Shown one piece after another: positions 8,690 to 17,624 of a DNA stretch of 32,000 bases. Numbering within the stretch: position 1 is the stretch's first letter; every line of letters begins with the position of its first letter. This DNA comes from Candidatus Saccharimonadota bacterium (GTDB taxonomy: Bacteria; Patescibacteriota; Saccharimonadia; Saccharimonadales; UBA4665). The DNA lies in assembly GCA_016699935.1 (NCBI GenBank), contig CP064992.1, forward strand, positions 1,140,001 through 1,172,000. The letters are read 5' to 3'. A model generated the notes under the pieces. That model was given only the letters and a program-made list of their open reading frames with translations. It searched no databases and was not told where the DNA came from. The position numbers and the translations under genes are program-made.

Positions 8690-9286
8690 AGCCGTTATTA
8701 ACCTCACATACATTTTGTTCGTACCATCACTATTCAATATGCTTATCTGGCGTTACCGCATAACTGCTTGAACGTCGCCAACGTACACTCTACTTTCAAT
8801 AAGATTTGGAAGTTAATTTACCAGTCCGCTCTTATTAATTCTTGTCATTAGATGCGTAATATTTCCACCGTTCACGCATATAACGTCACTTTCCATGAGC
8901 CTTTGCAGCCACACTCCTCTTGGAACAGATGCTATGTCTATGATAACCAGCTGCGCAACACTCTCTTCTTTCAGCCGGATCATTTCCGCAATAGCCAGCC
9001 TTTATCCCCCGGCTCCAGATTCAATGCCGTTGGTATGAATGCGACATTTGTTGTGTATGGAATATGCATGATGCTAGAGGTACACTCGTACAGCATTGCC
9101 GCTTTCACCGGCTCATGACTATTACCCAATGCCTCACAAAGAAACCACGACTGACCCAAAATATTGAGCCGCGAGGCATGCTTGCTAGAACAGTTGAGCT
9201 GACCTTCATGGATGCATTGGCTGGATGGTACAAAAACATGGTAAATGGCTCAAGGTACGTAATACAGCCACTAAAAATATGCTCAT
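8690..9286 (-). pseudogene. peptidase S51 (dipeptidase E-like) gene, fragmented by at least four frame breaks; ends approximate
   Basis: Three-frame minus-strand translation gives consecutive pieces: ...NVAFIPTALNLEPGD, then RLAIAEMIRLKEESVAQLVIIDIASVPRGVWLQRLMESDVICVNGGNITHLMTRINKSGLVN, then LPNLIESRVYVG, then SSSYAVTPD. These match the S51 pattern (IAFIPTA..., I.V.GGNT..L......GL, VY.G.SAG). No ORF on this strand longer than 60 aa survives. It may be error-laden rather than dead. Confidence 0.5.
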
Positions 9287-9623
9287 GAGCGTACCAGGCG
9301 GGCGTATTTTTAGCCTGTGTAGAAACTTGCCGTAATTATTCACCTACCAAGCCGATTATATACAGGAAAGTGGCATCATAGCTGCAAACACTATGAGCCA
9401 ATTATACGATAGATTGGAGCCTGGAAAGACAAGCACATAGCGCATAGCGACTGCTCTAGAAAGCGTACTATTACAATCTTACGCTGTTTGTTCTCTGGAA
9501 GAACAGATTAGAAAAAGCCAGATTTTGATCTTAATCCCTATCATCAAATGAGCCACGATTAGGCTGTTGGTCGTGGCAAGTGATGGATTGTTGTGAATAT
9601 TCAGTATAGTTTCTGGAAGCGCC

Positions 9624-11180
9624 CTACTTCATGCGGTCGGGGTTATTAACGGCTGTTGTCCACTTTTGCACCTGTTTGTATTTTGGTAAAGTACTGTTGA
9701 GCTTGGCTATCTGACTCTTGAAGTCAGTACTACAGCCCTTGTCAACATAAAGCGTAGCTGTGATGACGTTATTATGATCGAATACCTTCGCTCTTGTGAC
9801 GCCTGGGATGGCAACGAGCAGTGTTTCTAGTTCATCGGGTGATACATTTTCGCCGTTGGAGGCGACGATCAGTAGTTTTTTGCGACCGATTACAAATAGA
9901 TTGTTTTTATCATCCTTATAGCCTATATCACCAGTATGGAAGTAACCTTCGGCGTCAAACGCCCGAGCATTAGCCACAGGATTATTGTAGTACCCTTTAC
10001 TGACGTTACCACCCTTCACCAGAATCTCACCGTGGCCGTCCTTGTCTACATCTGCAAATTTAACAGATATGTTTTCAAAGATGGTACCAACCGAATCAAT
10101 GACCTTGCTGTGTGGATACTCGACTGCGATCAAGGATGTTGTTTCAGACATTCCGTAACCCTCGATCACCGTCATGCCAACATCTTTGAAGAACCGTTTT
10201 ATCTTTGGGTCAAAGCGAGCGCCTCCACAATACATATAGCGGATATCTCCACCAAATACGTCGTGGAGTTTACGGAATAGATGCCTACGAATGTCTATTC
10301 CTATCGCGCCTAGCGCGTTGGCGAGCTTCATGCCTCTCTCAATTTTGGCCATAGTTGGCGCATCAATGGCTGAGTAAAAACGCTCATATACCAGTGGTAC
10401 CCCACAGAATATCGTTGGTCTAATGAGCTTCATCTCATCGACTATCTTGGCTGTATCAGAGCAAATATACAACTGACACCCCATATAAAATGAGTACATA
10501 AAGATGCTTACGCCAGCATACACATGGTGTAGCGGCAAAAACAGATAGTAGATGTCGTGCTCATTTGTTGGCGTACGTTGATATAGGTAGTCTCCGCATG
10601 CCAGCATGTTGTCGAGGGATAGTGTGACGGCTTTTGGGATAGAGGTTGAACCAGACGTAAAAACTATTTTGCAGATATCAGCACTCTGCTTAATGGAGTT
10701 GTCGAGATAGGAAGCATCCTGATCGAGTATCTTTCGTCCCTGCTGTAGCAAAGTATCAAAATCATTCTCTATGCACAGGTATGTGATATCAGGATAATCG
10801 GTTCGGAGCTTTTCCAGCATGCCCGACCTGTTGGACGAATAAATAATAACTTTGGCCTCAGCCGATTGTTGCGCAGCAAGTAAGTCATATGTCAGCCAAT
10901 CTTTGTTTGCGCCGATACTAATTCCGACGTATGCCATAACTGCCATGTCAGCTACCATCCACTCGTAGGAGTTATCGGCAAACAACATAACATTATCACC
11001 TTTGTGATTGTCTTTGATCAGGCTGGCTGCAAGCGCTCGAGCGTCATCGATAAAATCCCAAAAAGATTTACTGGCAAACTCATCGCCATTTTTCGACCAG
11101 ATATACGGTCTATCTCTCCACTTGGCATAATGAGTGTGCAATAATTCATCAATAGTCTGTGGTTTTGGCAGCTTAACCAT
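9624..11180 (-). CDS. AMP-dependent acyl-CoA/acyl-AMP ligase (long-chain fatty-acid ligase-like)
   Basis: Adenylate-forming core motifs are present: IVFTSGSTSIPKAV, EGYGMSETT, YFHTGDIGYKDDKNNLFVIGRKK. Start is taken at ATG 11180 (MVKLPKPQTIDELL), with an AGGAG SD, 1 nt after the upstream stop. The frame is intact. Confidence 0.85.
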   Translation of the reverse strand: MVKLPKPQTIDELLHTHYAKWRDRPYIWSKNGDEFASKSFWDFIDDARALAASLIKDNHKGDNVMLFADNSYEWMVADMAVMAYVGISIGANKDWLTYDLLAAQQSAEAKVIIYSSNRSGMLEKLRTDYPDITYLCIENDFDTLLQQGRKILDQDASYLDNSIKQSADICKIVFTSGSTSIPKAVTLSLDNMLACGDYLYQRTPTNEHDIYYLFLPLHHVYAGVSIFMYSFYMGCQLYICSDTAKIVDEMKLIRPTIFCGVPLVYERFYSAIDAPTMAKIERGMKLANALGAIGIDIRRHLFRKLHDVFGGDIRYMYCGGARFDPKIKRFFKDVGMTVIEGYGMSETTSLIAVEYPHSKVIDSVGTIFENISVKFADVDKDGHGEILVKGGNVSKGYYNNPVANARAFDAEGYFHTGDIGYKDDKNNLFVIGRKKLLIVASNGENVSPDELETLLVAIPGVTRAKVFDHNNVITATLYVDKGCSTDFKSQIAKLNSTLPKYKQVQKWTTAVNNPDRMK

Positions 11181-11181
11181 G

Positions 11182-12255
11182 TTACTGTATCTCCTTTTCA
11201 AGTAGTACGTAGTGGTATTGGTCGGCAATGTTGGTTTTCCCATATTCCTCTGTCACCTTGCCCTCAATAATCAATGCGCCAACGCATGACGCTAGTTTCA
11301 TAAACACCCGGGTAACGGCGGCGCGAGTAATGGCCCGGCCTAATCCGTGCCCCTGGTGTGCTTTGCGTACACCCAAGTACAGCATGATGTACCGTTTGCT
11401 TCGTATTTTCTTAAGCAGAATCCTCAGCTTGGTGAGCGGTGTAATCTTGCCATATAACAGATTGCCATAATCGGGTAACCCGACAAAAAACCCGACTGGT
11501 TGGCCGCCGTGGTATGCAATCTTAACCAGCGAATAGTCTAAGATGTAGCGATAGCTGTCAAAGTGTTTTCGGAAGTCTTCTTTGCTGACGTGCTTGAAGA
11601 TTGGGAAGTCGCTATAAAGCTCCATGAGCATGTCATAAATATAACCGAGTGTGACGTCGAACTCTTCTGGCTTGGGGCTAACAATCTTATAGCCTTCGCG
11701 TTTCGAGCTTGCATAGTCGCGGTTGAAATTAGCGGCTTCTTTGAGATTAATGCGATTCTTATAGATATTTGATACATACTTTTGTGAAACCCTATACCCA
11801 CTATCCAGGAAAAGATTTAGATAATATGATTTATTATACGGTTCGCCAATGTAGGGAGCGGCATCAAAATGGTCGGTCTTGAGACGGTATCTTATCCAAA
11901 AACTAGCATCAACCGGACCGGTAATCATACGCTTGTCCTGCATGGCAGCGTACGAATGGATTACTGCAAAGAGTGCTCTTGAGCAACTGACGTCATCTAT
12001 ACTCTCAAAGAAACCGATATAGGCAGCCGGGTCACCATCGTAGATTGTCAATGCAGCACGCGCGACAGGTGTTCCGTCCTGATACACCACAAAGCCTGTT
12101 AACTGAAAGTAGTCACTCAGTGGATGCTGTGCCAATAATAGCTGACGCTCTTCCTTTTCGTTCTGGATGCAGTCCCTTTTGCCATAGAGTTTTTTCGGAA
12201 CCGACAAGAAGTCTTCTGTATGCTGGCTCGTGCCACATTCAGTTACCGTGTACAT
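11182..12255 (-). CDS. two-domain GNAT-like acyltransferase family protein
   Basis: 357 aa. The C-terminal half carries the acetyl/acyl-CoA-binding motif A-like LGVRKAHQGHGLGRAI. The overall layout resembles the roughly 370-aa uncharacterised GNAT family proteins of Firmicutes and other bacteria (from memory). The ATG overlaps the upstream TAA by 1 nt. The frame is intact. Confidence 0.6.
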   Translation of the reverse strand: MYTVTECGTSQHTEDFLSVPKKLYGKRDCIQNEKEERQLLLAQHPLSDYFQLTGFVVYQDGTPVARAALTIYDGDPAAYIGFFESIDDVSCSRALFAVIHSYAAMQDKRMITGPVDASFWIRYRLKTDHFDAAPYIGEPYNKSYYLNLFLDSGYRVSQKYVSNIYKNRINLKEAANFNRDYASSKREGYKIVSPKPEEFDVTLGYIYDMLMELYSDFPIFKHVSKEDFRKHFDSYRYILDYSLVKIAYHGGQPVGFFVGLPDYGNLLYGKITPLTKLRILLKKIRSKRYIMLYLGVRKAHQGHGLGRAITRAAVTRVFMKLASCVGALIIEGKVTEEYGKTNIADQYHYVLLEKEIQ

Positions 12256-14798
12256 TATATAACCTCCACCGTTCCCTTTGTTCCGTCAATCCGCACACGA
12301 TCACCTGTCTTGAGCTTCTGTGTTGCTCCACGTACGCCAACCACTGACGGCACGCCAAGCTCGCGAGAAATGATTGCTGTGTGTGATAGGAGCGAACCTT
12401 TTTCGGCGATAACACCTTTTACAGTAGTCAGCAAAAATACCCAACCTGGATCCGTGGTGCGAGTAACCACTATCTTGCCTGTAGTATTAACCGCATCTTT
12501 TGGACTATATACAACAACTACCTCGGCCTCTGCTCTACCTGCGGAAGATCCTATGCCCGATAAGTTTGAGGAAAGCTGGTCATAATGAGCCGTAACGTGC
12601 TGCGGCTGCTTGTCGAATACGTCCTGCGCAAAGACAAGTCTCGAGTATGCCGGTAGGCCGGAGTATGCTGCATAGTCATTTTTTCGCTGCTGTATTGTAG
12701 CCAGAAAGTTTACTTTCGAGTCACGAACGCATTGCTCCAATTCATCGAAGTACAAATAGAAAACGTCACTGGCTGAGCCTAGTTGCCCTGCTTGTTGAAG
12801 CGTATCGGCAATCGACAGTACCACTGTTCGAACCATGCCGTAAATACGGCTACGATCTAGGCGAGAAGTTTCGCGGTTCCGTACGCCGACAATCATATGC
12901 TGACGGTAGAAACGAAGTAGTACCTGGTTTGGCCACGAATACTTGTCGATGCGTTTCTGAAAATCGGTCTCAGCTGGTTGTCGTTCCAGCGCGGCGATTA
13001 TCTCCGCTAGCGCCAGAGGATCACTCGCGTATGTAATGATCTGCTGCATCAGGAGGTGGGGCGAGCTACGAAACGTTTTGCTTTCAAGTTTGAGCTCCTC
13101 AAGTGAACGATCACCGTAAGTTTGCGTGTAGCTCCAAAATTTATCGGCAAATTCTGAATGGTGTTCTTCCAGAAGTGCACGTACGGCCTTGTCATCGGCT
13201 AAGCACATGAGATCATCGAGTATATTATGCTCTACAACATACTCTGCCAAAGTAGCGAGCTCCCGAACGGGCTGCATGCTTTCGATATCAGCGATACCAG
13301 AAAGCGATTTCTTTGTGGTTGTAGATGCGCCAAGCCGCTCAAGCTTGCGCTTCAGCAGGCTTGTAAAGACAAACGCGTACACATCATTGGATAGTGTAAG
13401 ATCCCAATTCTTTAGGATACTATTCGTTACCGAGTGGTAGAGCGTCATTTTTTGTTTAGGTGTAAGATCAGACCGGTAATGATCCCAAAAGTGGGACTCT
13501 GCCCGAAGAAAATCTGCATGAAGTACTCGCATTTTACGAGGAAGTGTCATGGTAAGCAATATCGACCGGAGTACTATCGCTAGGTCGCGTAGCGGATTCC
13601 AACGTTTTCTGTAAACGTCTGCTATGATGTGCTGCCGGTGGCTAACTCCCATCATTTCTTGCCATATAGGTATAATCCGACCGCTCAGGGGCAAAAACTG
13701 CATTAGCGTATACCAGTTACTAATTCTGTAGTAGACTCGTCCGTTTACGCTAGTAACCATGTGCTGCAATAGCGGCTCGTACTGTGTAATCAATTTCTTG
13801 CTGCCCGTCCCTCGCTGCAACAGTCCCCGAAATACATGGTAGTACGCTTGTTGTATGAAACTGACCGTCAACGGCAAGGTTATGCCTGGATAGCTTTCTA
13901 CAATATTGCTGTTGTCCAGTATTGTCGGCTCAGTATCATCGATAGTGGTAATTTTGCGCACCTGGAGAACGTAGACCCGTTCACTCTTAATCGCAAATTC
14001 GATGTCTATATAGGTACCGAAATGTTCTACCAGTTGTCCGCAAAGTGCAATCAGCTCTGTGACGTGTGTTTCCCCAAGGAGAGGCGCACCCGGTTGTCGT
14101 TCATGATAGTAGGCAGCATCAGTTACGTTGTAATAGTATGATGTTGTCGCAACCTTATCTCCAACAATGTGATCACCAGTTCCCTTGCCCACGGTTATGA
14201 CTGTCTCATTCAGCAACCCTTGTGGATTTGCGCTAAACATAACGCCCGATACGTCTGCCTCAATCATCTCCTGAATGATAACGCACATACTCAGTTCAGT
14301 TGGTGGCACCGATGTGTTGCAGCAGTACTTCAAGACGCTCGGAGCGTAGAGCGATTGCCAGCAATCCACAATCCGCTTGATAACCTTTTCGCGCGGGACA
14401 CGCAGAAATGTCTCGAATTGCCCTGCAAATGAAGCTGCCGCTGAGTCTTCAACCGACGCTGACGACCGAACTGAGAAGACGGTTCCATGAGCAAACTGAT
14501 CATCCAAAGCTTGCTCGATTGCTCGCCGTGCCTGATCATCAATTTCTATTTTGGCGATACTAGCGCTTAACTGCTTGCTCGCACCAATAATGTTAGTTTC
14601 ATTGTTGCCCGTAATGGCTCGTAATGCGGCCGTAACTTCTGTATCGTACTTCGATAAACATGCAGCTAGCAGATCTGGAGATACACATATAAAGTGCGGA
14701 ACAGCATACCCTTTTTTTTGTAGTGCAAATAAGTTGGTAGCTTTGGTGCCGATATTTACATTGCCCGAAGCGTTACCGTTAATGATGAGCGGTGACAT
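12255..14798 (-). CDS. PEP-utilising dikinase-type protein, fused (ATP-grasp PPDK_N + central helical domain + swivel His domain); rifampicin-phosphotransferase/PpsA-like architecture
   Basis: 847 aa. N-terminus: GTKATNLFALQKKGYAVPHF, FSVRSSASVEDSAAASFAGQFETFLRV, VIIQEMIEADVSGVMFSANP, DIEFAIKSERVYVLQVRKIT. C-terminus: TDPGWVFLLTTVKGVIAEKGSLLSHTAIISRELGVPSVVGV (phospho-His motif). The frame is intact. Confidence 0.85.
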   Translation of the reverse strand: MSPLIINGNASGNVNIGTKATNLFALQKKGYAVPHFICVSPDLLAACLSKYDTEVTAALRAITGNNETNIIGASKQLSASIAKIEIDDQARRAIEQALDDQFAHGTVFSVRSSASVEDSAAASFAGQFETFLRVPREKVIKRIVDCWQSLYAPSVLKYCCNTSVPPTELSMCVIIQEMIEADVSGVMFSANPQGLLNETVITVGKGTGDHIVGDKVATTSYYYNVTDAAYYHERQPGAPLLGETHVTELIALCGQLVEHFGTYIDIEFAIKSERVYVLQVRKITTIDDTEPTILDNSNIVESYPGITLPLTVSFIQQAYYHVFRGLLQRGTGSKKLITQYEPLLQHMVTSVNGRVYYRISNWYTLMQFLPLSGRIIPIWQEMMGVSHRQHIIADVYRKRWNPLRDLAIVLRSILLTMTLPRKMRVLHADFLRAESHFWDHYRSDLTPKQKMTLYHSVTNSILKNWDLTLSNDVYAFVFTSLLKRKLERLGASTTTKKSLSGIADIESMQPVRELATLAEYVVEHNILDDLMCLADDKAVRALLEEHHSEFADKFWSYTQTYGDRSLEELKLESKTFRSSPHLLMQQIITYASDPLALAEIIAALERQPAETDFQKRIDKYSWPNQVLLRFYRQHMIVGVRNRETSRLDRSRIYGMVRTVVLSIADTLQQAGQLGSASDVFYLYFDELEQCVRDSKVNFLATIQQRKNDYAAYSGLPAYSRLVFAQDVFDKQPQHVTAHYDQLSSNLSGIGSSAGRAEAEVVVVYSPKDAVNTTGKIVVTRTTDPGWVFLLTTVKGVIAEKGSLLSHTAIISRELGVPSVVGVRGATQKLKTGDRVRIDGTKGTVEVI

Positions 14799-14801
14799 CG
14801 T

Positions 14802-15703
14802 TTACTGTCCCTGTCCACGTACTATGAGGAGTATCTCTGTAGCGATTAGTACTGCCTGCACCAGATATATATAGATACGCGCAACCTTGCCATATGAGAA
14901 ACGCACTGGGTTACTCATGTACACCAAGCTAGCCCACACAACTCCCACATAGACCAGCGCGAGTAGCCCAACTGCAACCGTAGAGAGTGGATAGACAACA
15001 ATCCCCAACGACACAAGCTGAGCGAGTAACACCACAAGCACTGTTATTACTGCCGGTTTATTGCCAAGTATTTTGGAGTACGTTGTGTACTGATTCTCAT
15101 CTTGAGGTGCTTTGATTTTGCGGCTAATTTCCCAGGCTAACGCTGGGAAATATAGTGAGCTGGCAATCAGTATGGTTGTCCAAGTAAAGACGGGCAGATG
15201 ATATGCAATACACGTAAACGAAATAATATAGAACACTAGTATGAACTGCACAGGGTTATGTGTCGCAAGTGCCAATAGTAGATTTGGCTGTATATACCGT
15301 TTGGCAAAAACCATACCGACATGAGCGCCGCATATGCCAGCAGCACAGCAAAATAGATAGTGTTATTCATGAACACCAAGTTCAGCACAACAATTATAGA
15401 AAGACTGGTTGCGAAGAGAGTAATAAGATCACGCTTTTTGACTCTGCCAGACGGCAGCGGACGATGTGGGAAGTTTATCTTATCAGTTTCGGCATCCTTA
15501 AATTCATCGGCAATTCTTAGCGATAGCAAAAATACAAACACGGTCAGGCTACCGATAATCTTGCGTAATCCAACAGTAATGGTGCCGACATGGCTAGTAA
15601 GCAGCACCAGATAATACACAACAAAGAAGAGCCCACCGCTGACAATGAGCCGGGAAACCGGCGGATACATTTCATGCAGATAAACACTAAGTCGTTTGAA
15701 CAT
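14802..15703 (-). CDS. UbiA-superfamily prenyltransferase; one frame break
   Basis: ORFs 15236..15748 and 14802..15314 join at the A5 run 15306-15310 (...AALMSVWFFAKRYIQPNLLLALATHNPVQF...). First Asp-rich motif: RIADEFKDAETDKINFPHRPLPSGRV, compared with NDxxDxxxD...RPxPSG of DGGGP synthase/UbiA enzymes. About eight TM segments. Start is ATG 15703, with a GGAGGA SD. Confidence 0.8.
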
Positions 15704-16643
15704 GCACAGCTCCTCCAATTGTTTCGCCCATATGTACTTTTGTTTCAACTCCCTTACGAGACTGCACTAGTATATCCTCATCAATATATATTGCGCCTTT
15801 TTGGAAGAACAAAATAATCGTTGATCCGCCAAGGCCAAAGTAACCTTTCTCCTCACCTTTCTGAAAAACGTTGAGTGCATGGTTATTGATTTTGCCTACA
15901 AGCAAGGCACCTACCTCCATCGCTACTACATCACCGAAATGGTCTGTGCGCGTCAGTGTGTACTCACGGTAGTTTTCAGTAAAAACCTTGTGATGCTTAG
16001 CGCTGATTGGCTGTACGGTGTGCAGTCGCCCATTGATTGTCCGGTGAGAAATAATATGCCCGTCATCGATAAAACAATAGCGGTGGCAATCCCCCATTGC
16101 GAGCCGGAATACCAAACAAGTACCCCCATGATATTGCTGAGCCAGTGCACTATCACACAGTATCTCAACGAGCGTATAGTCACGGTGTTTCACGCGTATT
16201 GTGTTGTTATCATGAAGAATATATGTCATCACTTGCGCATCAGCTGGTGATATTAACGTATTCACGCCAATCGCAATCGGGCGTTTGTGCGGGTCAAGTT
16301 TTCTTTCAAAGAAATCATTGAATGATCTGTACGGCGTGCTTACGTAATCTGCCTGGTCAATGCCGTACTGGTCAATAAAGGGTTGGATCTTGCGCCGTGA
16401 GCGGGGCTAGCATTAAACCAAGCATTCAGTTGTGAATACCAGCACCGAGAAAAAATAAGCCATAACAGCAACCTGCCGGGAACGGTTTCATACAAAAACT
16501 TGAGCTGTTTCTCGCCGTATTGATCTACGCTACAGGCGGCCTGTTTTGTCGGTCATAGACGGTAACGCTCATCGGGTTCCCAGTAACAGCACTACGGGTG
16601 TCAGCACTATAGCCAACAGTACGAGTACTATATAACCAAACAT
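15687..16643 (-). CDS. psd: phosphatidylserine decarboxylase proenzyme; three frame breaks in the 5-prime third
   Basis: ORF 15687..16265 contains the self-cleavage region FGLGGSTIILFF (LGST type). The same frame continues upstream as SRRKIQPFIDQYGIDQADYVSTPYRSFNDFFERKLDPHKRPI. Further upstream pieces read MFGYIVLVLLAIVLTPVVLLLGTR / SVTVYDRQNRPPVA / VDQYGEKQLKFLYETVPGRLLLWLIFSR. Breaks lie near 16570, 16530 and 16408. Start is ATG 16643. Confidence 0.8.
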
Positions 16644-17189
16644 CGTTGGTTTTTAAAGCGTATATTTGCAATAAACAGCAGCGCCAAACAGGCAACCAGT
16701 CCTGCGCTTACGACACCCGCACGTGCAGGACTCATCTGAACGGTCGCAATATACACCAACGGGAAAATAAGCGCCGCAGCGGTAACCGGGAAGCCAGTAT
16801 ATGCTTGGCGTGGCCGCGACCGGTCGCTATATTGAACAGACCAAGTCGCGTAATACCGGCTAATACAAGTGCAATATAGGCGGCTACATCATACCAAGCT
16901 GTGTAGCCAAGTGCCGCGAAGAGTATAACCGGCAGCAGGCAGAACGAAATAATATCAGCCAGTGAGTCTACCTGAACACCGAAAGCTTTTCATCCTCGGT
17001 TCGCTTGCAATGGCGCGCAACCGTACCATCAAATATGTCGCAAATCCCGGCAATCATCAGACAAACGAAACCGTAACTTACCTTGCCCCTCAGTGCAAAG
17101 ATCATTCCCGCTACCGCTGTAGCCACACCAAGATACGTCACAAGAAGCGAACGGTTGTATATGCCGATGAACGGTTGCTTTGTGCGTCA
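16628..17189 (-). CDS. pssA: CDP-alcohol phosphatidyltransferase, phosphatidylserine-synthase-like; three frame breaks
   Basis: Reconstructed minus-strand translation gives ...QPFIGIYNRSLLVTYLGVATAVAGMIFAL...LMIAGICDIFDGTVARHCKRTEDEKLFGVQVDSLADIISF, i.e. the D-x2-D-G-x2-A-R...G-x3-D-x3-D motif. Breaks lie near 17175, 16983 and 16798. The ATG at 17189 overlaps the upstream stop (ATGA). The raw track shows only spurious + ORFs here. Confidence 0.75.
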
Positions 17190-17585
17190 TGCTTTCGTCT
17201 CCACAATAGTTATGTGTCCGGTCGCTCCATCAATCTCAATAGTACTGCCATCTTGGATGGTGGTGGTTGCGTTTGGGACGCACACAACGCAAGGGATACC
17301 GTACTCTCGTGATACAATCGCTGCATGGCACAGAATGCCACCATATTCAGTCACTACCCCTTTGATAATCGCGAACTTGCTTGTCCAGCCGGTGTCAGTA
17401 AATTTTGTTACCAAAATATCATTCGGTTGCAATCGTCCAATATCCTCTAGCCCGTCGATAACACGTGCCGTACCAGAGATGATCCCCGTATTGCAGCCGA
17501 CGCCGTTCAGATCACCTACCTTGAGTTTTGATTTTTGTGGATGACTAGTTTTGAAAACGGAACCAATGGCATTTTGGGTTGTCAT
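17187..17585 (-). CDS. stand-alone PEP-utilising enzyme mobile (swivel phospho-histidine) domain protein
   Basis: 132 aa: GVGCNTGIISGTARVI...ILVTKFTDTGWTSKFAIIKGVVTEYGGILCHAAIVSREYGIPCVVCV, the canonical PEP-utilizers motif with the His. It is paralogous to the C-terminus of the 847-aa protein. Confidence 0.85.
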   Translation of the reverse strand: MTTQNAIGSVFKTSHPQKSKLKVGDLNGVGCNTGIISGTARVIDGLEDIGRLQPNDILVTKFTDTGWTSKFAIIKGVVTEYGGILCHAAIVSREYGIPCVVCVPNATTTIQDGSTIEIDGATGHITIVETKA

Positions 17586-17624
17586 AATTCTTAAACGAGT
17601 TATAGTACAACCGGTTTTTCTGGA

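Noticed and set aside
16646-17544. Three + strand ORFs (77, 116 and 153 aa)
   Set aside because: They are antisense to the frameshifted pssA and the swivel-His domain gene. The minus strand carries the CDP-alcohol transferase and PEP-utilizers motifs. The + ORFs look long only because pssA is fragmented.
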